64,000 bases of DNA, taken from Nitrosopumilus sp. (GTDB lineage: Archaea; Thermoproteota; Nitrososphaeria; Nitrososphaerales; Nitrosopumilaceae). Below, piece by piece: positions 58,552 to 64,000 of this stretch. Made by a program: the position numbers and the translations under genes. Within the stretch, counting starts at the first letter, position 1. Every line of letters starts with the position of its first letter. Where the stretch lies: assembly GCA_965205425.1 (NCBI GenBank), contig CBDBGZ010000004.1:32001-96000 (forward strand), in the 5' to 3' direction. The notes beneath the pieces are model-generated. The model did not search any database and had not been told where the DNA came from. It worked only from the letters and a program-made list of their open reading frames with translations.

Positions 58552-58764
58552 ATGACCTGCAAGGGAACGTGCCAAAAGTACAAATCAACTGCAAAGCCAA
58601 GTGGCGGATTATATCGTAACGGAATAAAAAAATGTCAGATATGTGCAATTTACATCAATTGGGAAGGATCCCACTGTACCTGGTGCGGATACATGTTGAG
58701 ATCAAAACCACGCAACAGACATTTCAAAGCAAAACTTACAGGAGATGTTCCAAGAATTGAATAA
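58552..58764 (+). CDS. small basic Cys-rich protein
   Basis: CxGxC..KKCxxC..WEG..CxxC..LRSKP. Confidence 0.75.
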   Translation: MTCKGTCQKYKSTAKPSGGLYRNGIKKCQICAIYINWEGSHCTWCGYMLRSKPRNRHFKAKLTGDVPRIE

Positions 58765-58803
58765 ATTACTAATTACAAAAAATATGGAATGTGATAAAAA
58801 ATA

Positions 58804-59010
58804 ATGAATGTTTGTAGCGGGGTGTGCTCAAAGTATGTCTCAAGAAAAACCAAAGACGGCCTAAACTATGGGTACAACAGAAAGAGGTGCAGTATATGCG
58901 AGGTATTTCTCACCTGGAAGGGTATTCGTTGTCCCTGCTGTTCCACAAGATTGAGAAACAAGCCAAAAAACAGACTTGCAAAGCAGAGACTGCAAAGGAG
59001 AAAACAGTGA
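58804..59010 (+). CDS. small basic Cys-rich protein, tandem paralog of 58552
   Basis: CxGxC..KRCxxC..WKG..CPCC..LRNKP. Confidence 0.75.
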   Translation: MNVCSGVCSKYVSRKTKDGLNYGYNRKRCSICEVFLTWKGIRCPCCSTRLRNKPKNRLAKQRLQRRKQ

Positions 59011-59195
59011 TTAGAAAATACACGGCAACACATGATTCCCTGCGAAGAAGAATAACGCATGGTTCATCAATTGTATGTAACACTTGTGGGCAAGATATTA
59101 TAGTCGGGGATGCAGTAGTTACAAAAACAGGTGCAAGATTGGGGAAATTTATCAGACATGAGCAATGTGCCAGGAGAATCGGACTAGTTGACTGA
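59007..59195 (+). CDS. small zinc-finger protein CxxC..GD..HxxC
   Basis: GTGA overlap with upstream stop; CNTCGQDIIVGD...RHEQC. Confidence 0.65.
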   Translation: MIRKYTATHDSLRRRITHGSSIVCNTCGQDIIVGDAVVTKTGARLGKFIRHEQCARRIGLVD

Positions 59196-59329
59196 TTGTA
59201 CCATCACCGATGAATTAAACGGTGTTTTGCACAATAATTCTTTTCAGGAAGATACGATCACATGTTTGACATGGCTGAGAAAAGACATGATCTGCTTTGC
59301 TAAATAAAAACACAAATCAAAGCTATTAA

Positions 59330-59535
59330 ATGACAAAAACACTTCCTTTATCACAAAACCAATTCCTAATTATAATTGAAATCATGACATTTGTGTTGAG
59401 TTTGGTTTATCTTCTGCAGAATGATTCTGATGAAATGACGTTGCTGAAAATAATTGCAATATTTGGTGTCATAATTCCCGGATTTTTTGGAATGTTGGTT
59501 ATGGCTACGGGGATTTTCTTTTCTTTACAGAGATA
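59330..59535 (+). pseudogene. membrane protein cut by IS630A
   Basis: Two hydrophobic segments; ORF reads into the IS end (YSEKIKFVN). Confidence 0.6.
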
Positions 59536-60264
59536 TAGCGAAAAGATAAAGTTCGTGAACTAAATTATTCCAAAACAAAAAACTTTTTGATCACTATGTA
59601 TGGTAAAATTTGATGAACAAGTTAGAATCACTTGAAAGCAGCATACAAAAAAGAAAACTCCAAGGTTGCAGTAAGGATGCTTGCAGTGTTGATGATTCTA
59701 AAGGATGGAAAGGACATATAGTGCACTGCAAAGACATTACACCACTGCACAAGCTGGGTGAGAAAATGGACGAGTCGTTTTGAGATAGATGGCCTCTACG
59801 ACCACCCAAGAAGTGGCAGGCCAAGAACAATCTCCCAGACTCGAATGGATGCTATCATGTCAAAAGCAATGCTAACTTTGTTTACCCCCATAATGTTGCA
59901 ACAAAGTATCTTTTATTCCACTGGAGTAAAATTTCACATAACCCACATCAGAAAGATAATGCACCAATACGGCATGTCTGCAAAAACTGCACAAAAATAT
60001 CACATCAACCATGCAAGTATATCTGCTGTGAGAAGCTGGCAACAACGCATCAAAAAGAGAATTTCACGCCTAAAAAAGAAAGGATTTGTCATTGCAATGG
60101 CTGATGAAGCATTCTTTGTAAGGGATACAAAAACAGGAAAAAAGTACTGGTCACCAGTTGCCAAGAGAATATTTCTTCCATATACAGGACGACATGAGAG
60201 TCTGGCAGTGTATGGTACAATTACAGAAAATGGCAATCAACTATTCAGAGTTTATGACAAATTC

Positions 60265-61235
60265 GGCCTTGTAGAAATCATAATAAAATAACAAAATCTA
60301 ATTTTCTAATCCTGTAAGCATTGTATGCAATTAACCTGTACAACATCCCATTGTCCTGAGTTGTAGCATTTCTTGATGTGACATCTCCTGACATTATCTG
60401 TTTGATCACAAAAAAGATTGTTTCAGATTTGTTTCTCTGATGGTACAATTGTACAGGAAAGTTCCTCTTCATCTCCTTTCTGTGAATTCCGCTGGTTCTG
60501 TAAATTGGAACTGTTCTATATCGAGTTGGAATTATTGCAGCTGTGTTGATCTGTTCTGCACCAACATGGTTATTCTCATCATCAAAACCCATGTCACCTA
60601 ACACAATATCAACTGGAACAATATTGTTGGTTTTGTACAACAATGGCAGAAAATCAGGATTATCATGTTGCATGTTGTGGTGTGTCATGACACAGCAAAC
60701 AAGCTGTGTATTCATGTCAGCACAAACAACAACTTTTAGGAAATTCCTGCGTAACTGTACTCTTTTTGTATAATAGTATGATGCTGTACTGTAACTGAAT
60801 CCGCTACCATCAATTCCAGCTAGAACCAGTCTGACTTTTTTGTACAAAATGAATTCCTGCAACATTTTATGTAACAGATTTCCTTCCAGTCTTGCAGCTG
60901 CCTTTTGTAGTGTGGTGTAATGTGGAATGGTAGACAAACCAAGATATTCCTGAATTCCTACACATTCTTCTAAAAATTCTGTAAATCTTCTATAACTCTT
61001 TGATTCGTACTGTCGTATTGCCAAGAGTATGAGATGTGTCCAAACAGAATAGATATGATTTGATTTTGGATGTAAGAACCTGGGAATTCTGCATCTGGTG
61101 ATTATATTGAGTAGTGTTTTGCACATTTTGACGTATGATGAGACCATACTGTAATCTGCAAATACAATCCTAATGGATCTAAATTAGCTAAAATGTGTCA
61201 CAATTGGGTTAAAATCAGATGGTTTCTACAAGGCC
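60265..61235 (-). mobile_element. IS5-family element (IS5-b), complete
   Basis: Repeats GGCCTTGTAGAAA / TTTCTACAAGGCC; 9-bp duplication GACAAATTC. Confidence 0.94.
60278..61147 (-). CDS. IS5-family transposase (289 aa)
   Basis: IPHYTTLQK, GIDGSGF..ASYYY, LGDMGFD, YHQRNKSETIF. Confidence 0.9.
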   Translation of the reverse strand: MVSSYVKMCKTLLNIITRCRIPRFLHPKSNHIYSVWTHLILLAIRQYESKSYRRFTEFLEECVGIQEYLGLSTIPHYTTLQKAAARLEGNLLHKMLQEFILYKKVRLVLAGIDGSGFSYSTASYYYTKRVQLRRNFLKVVVCADMNTQLVCCVMTHHNMQHDNPDFLPLLYKTNNIVPVDIVLGDMGFDDENNHVGAEQINTAAIIPTRYRTVPIYRTSGIHRKEMKRNFPVQLYHQRNKSETIFFVIKQIMSGDVTSRNATTQDNGMLYRLIAYNAYRIRKLDFVILL

Positions 61236-61567
61236 GACAAATTCAATGCTGTGACATTTGTAGAGTACCTAAAGGAATTGCATCAGAAATACGGCAAGAT
61301 TGCAATCATTTTAGATAGAGCATCAGTTCACAAATCAAAGAAGGTAAAGGAATATCTTGCAAACAATAGAGATGTCAAACTAATCTGGTTGCCAAAGGGA
61401 TCACCATACTTGAAGAACATGATAGAGCAGTGCTGGAAGATAAGCAAGTATGCATTGTTGGTTTCAGAGTATTATGCAATGTTTACAATAATGAACAAGG
61501 CAGTGTCCGAATATTTCAGAGTGACAAAGTTCAAGCTTGATGTTGCAAATTATATCTTTAGAAATCC

Positions 61568-62358
61568 TGCAAAGATGCTTCAAGCCTTTACAATCTAAAG
61601 ATATCTGCAGGCACCATCAACAACTGCTTGTGCAATGTATCATCTGCACTGGAGCCTATGGTAGAACAAATCAAGCAGGACATTTGCGACTCAAAATCTG
61701 CTCATTTTGATGAGACAAAATATTCCATACATGGAAAAACTAGATGGGTATGGACTGGGGTAAATCAGAACTCTTGTTACATCACAGTTGAGAAAAACAG
61801 GGGTGCAAATGTATTGCAAAAACATTTCTCATCGTTTAATGGAGTTGCCATTTGTGACGGATGGATGCCATACCATATGTTTGGTATCAGACAGAAGTGT
61901 TGGGCACACATACTGCGTGAAGCAAGACACATGTCAGAAAAACTAGAAACAGACAATTCAAAATCACTGTATTATTCCTTGCAGAGATTATTTTACGATA
62001 TCAAAGGCATACAACCAAGTGATACAGCACATGATGCTGCAGTGAATCTCTTTGAAAGAATTGTTTCTGAGCATTGCAATGAAAAGGAACTGGAGAAATT
62101 CCTAAACAAATTGTATAATACAAAATACGATCTGTTTACATTTTTGCTGTATGAAAACATAGAACCTACAAACAATGCAGCAGAACACGCGTTGAGAGAA
62201 TCCGTCATTCACAGAAAGATTCGAGGATGTGTTAGGAATGAGAAGGGTATGAGAATGTTTGGAAATCTGATGAGTTGCATCATGACATGGAATATGAGGA
62301 ATTGTAATCTTTTGTACGAGATTGTAAAGTATGTGTGAGTTGGGATCTAAACACATAC
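61568..62358 (+). mobile_element. IS66 type 2, 3' remnant
   Basis: Near-identical to the 3' part of 14820..16159; end ...CTAAACACATAC. Confidence 0.92.
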
Positions 62359-62415
62359 CCGACACTTACCACTAGAAAATAGCTCTCGTTAACTTACCAG
62401 TTCCGTTTTTCCTAT

Positions 62416-62640
62416 TCATGGAGACCAATCTCCAACACCACCACCATCATTCCAAATATCATCTTCAATAATATTATGAATTTTAAGACGATTCAAAAAT
62501 AAACAAGTATCAGGATCTAAACCAATAATGCAAAGATTAGTAATTAATGGCAAACTGAAATAAAAAACAACAAAACCAACTATCCCAACAAAAATAGTTT
62601 TTCTATTAAAAATAAAAAAAGAAGGGTGATTAAAGACCAA
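62416..62640 (-). CDS. small membrane protein overlapping the end of the secreted family gene
   Basis: One hydrophobic segment and a Cys pair; 11-bp overlap; start uncertain. Confidence 0.45.
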   Translation of the reverse strand: MVFNHPSFFIFNRKTIFVGIVGFVVFYFSLPLITNLCIIGLDPDTCLFLNRLKIHNIIEDDIWNDGGGVGDWSP

Positions 62641-63508
62641 CTACAATAGAGCTATACACAGTTCTATCAGCACCAGAAGCTAATGGAGAACACACAAAGA
62701 ATGTTGCAGATTGATAGTTGTAATTCCAAGTGAAAGTAGGATCACTATGACAACTTGCAACCCAAGCACCATCAGAAGTTTTTATAGAAACCCAAGAATC
62801 AACTTGTTTTGTTTGAGGTGGATGTTCGCCAATATACTTTATTTTGTTTGCTATTTCAAGATAACCTGGAGATGCAATTGATGGTAAAGTTGCAGAAGGT
62901 GTAGAAACTAAACTACCATCTAATGCATTACTATACAACCAACTAGAATTACAGACAAGTAATCCAGTATGACAACTATAGAAATATTTCACGCCGACAT
63001 TAAAGTCGTAAATTCTGTGCGATACATTTCTAATTGGATATTCACCTTCATCCGTTTCAAACTCTTCTAAGAGCTGCTTCCAAACTGTAGGATCTTGTTC
63101 ATATTTTTCTGCAATGACAACTCCAGCTCGTAGCATATCAATTGTCATTAAATCTAACTCATGTTGTTTTCCAGCTTTTGTTTCTAGATTTACATCTTCG
63201 TTGATTGAAACAATCAACTTGGATGCTTTCTCGCCAATTTCTTTTTGATTAATTGGTATCGGTACTGGTATCGGCTCAGAATTTTGTAGATTTTCTAAGA
63301 TTTGATCTTTTATCTCATCAGGTACGTTTGAATCTGGGAATAATAAATCATACAGAGCATATGATTTATCATCTTGTTCTTCGTTTACCGTGATTGGTCC
63401 TTGATTTGTGTTTTCGTCTCCTGGAGTTTGTGCAAATGAGTTTATCATTACAATTGGAATTAACAAAATCAATGCTAAGAAAGGAATTGTGTATTTTGTT
63501 TTGTTCAT
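62630..63508 (-). CDS. secreted pre-pro-type protein, family member 3
   Basis: Signal peptide closely resembling that of 13605; DMLRAGVVIAEKYEQDPTVW motif; EIGEKASK as in 11006. Confidence 0.85.
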   Translation of the reverse strand: MNKTKYTIPFLALILLIPIVMINSFAQTPGDENTNQGPITVNEEQDDKSYALYDLLFPDSNVPDEIKDQILENLQNSEPIPVPIPINQKEIGEKASKLIVSINEDVNLETKAGKQHELDLMTIDMLRAGVVIAEKYEQDPTVWKQLLEEFETDEGEYPIRNVSHRIYDFNVGVKYFYSCHTGLLVCNSSWLYSNALDGSLVSTPSATLPSIASPGYLEIANKIKYIGEHPPQTKQVDSWVSIKTSDGAWVASCHSDPTFTWNYNYQSATFFVCSPLASGADRTVYSSIVVGL

Positions 63509-63655
63509 GTTATTAGATTAATAAAATTAGTCCTAGCTAATAAAATGATCCTTGATTGGTTCTGTGTAATCTTCGGGATCTGAAATATTGATCTTCTTCA
63601 GATTGAATAGTAGAACTTAGAATATATAAAAATTGGATTTAGATTATGAGTAGTA

Positions 63656-64000
63656 TTAACTATTCCAATCATTGACTAATTGTTTTTCTAATTCAGATAA
63701 TACATCGTCCAATGATTTATTCCAATTCTTTATAGAAATATTATCTATGGAGCAATTTTCATCAGAAGGTATTAAAAATACTATGTCTACAAAACCTGTT
63801 TTATTTGAAATTTCGACTGGCAGTTTTTCAATAAATATGTCAATGTCAAGTGAACCTATAAGCGTATTATAAGTAACTTCAAGTCTAGTAGAAATTAAAA
63901 TGTCCTCATGTATAAATTCAATATGTTCTAAATGTTGTGTATTACCTGCATCTATCTTATTTTTTACTCTATCCCATAAAATTCTCTTGATGGATTGTAA
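63656..64000 (-). CDS. hypothetical protein, 3' part (runs off window)
   Basis: Open frame of 114 codons LQSIKRILWD...LVNDWNS* from the window edge. Confidence 0.6.
   Translation of the reverse strand, partial: LQSIKRILWDRVKNKIDAGNTQHLEHIEFIHEDILISTRLEVTYNTLIGSLDIDIFIEKLPVEISNKTGFVDIVFLIPSDENCSIDNISIKNWNKSLDDVLSELEKQLVNDWNS

Larger units (their letters stand above)
59536..61577 (+). mobile_element. IS630A copy: nonsense codon, interrupted by IS5-b, right end lost in a fusion to IS66 type 2
   Basis: CAG>TAG at about 59719 relative to the 36772 copy; sequence resumes at 61236. Confidence 0.9.

Overview
AT-rich chromosome segment of an ammonia-oxidising archaeon of the Nitrosopumilus group, judged from the 16S/23S rRNA sequence, type II GAPDH, a CdvB/ESCRT-III paralog and a methylmalonyl-CoA mutase small subunit. 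Blocks of core genes (gap, CNNM/CBS protein, thrC, ccdA plus redoxin, bioABFD, HMG-CoA synthase, hemL, the 16S-23S operon) are broken up by a very heavy load of insertion sequences. By my manual sum about 21-22 kb, one third of the window, is IS-derived. It comes from about 12 element types (3 IS630, 2 IS66, 3 IS5-like, 2 IS481, IS1595, an IS4/IS982-like element), plus ISH3-like remnants and 2 MITE types; many are nested, truncated or interrupt host genes. Main observations: (1) eight distinct IS types place a GATC inside the TATA-box position of the transposase promoter, suggesting methylation-gated transposition in an archaeon. (2) Three dispersed secreted proteins share a pre-pro architecture with a conserved pro-region motif and a divergent beta-rich C-terminal domain. 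(3) A truncated tRNA-like element has a CAG loop and a short variable arm, with an inverted degenerate copy nearby. (4) There are three copies of an orphan ParB-HTH-RHH gene, the two complete ones apparently starting at ATT. (5) One IS481 copy carries the terminal repeat of a different IS481. No CRISPR array was seen. All assignments are by eye from motifs; no database search was run.
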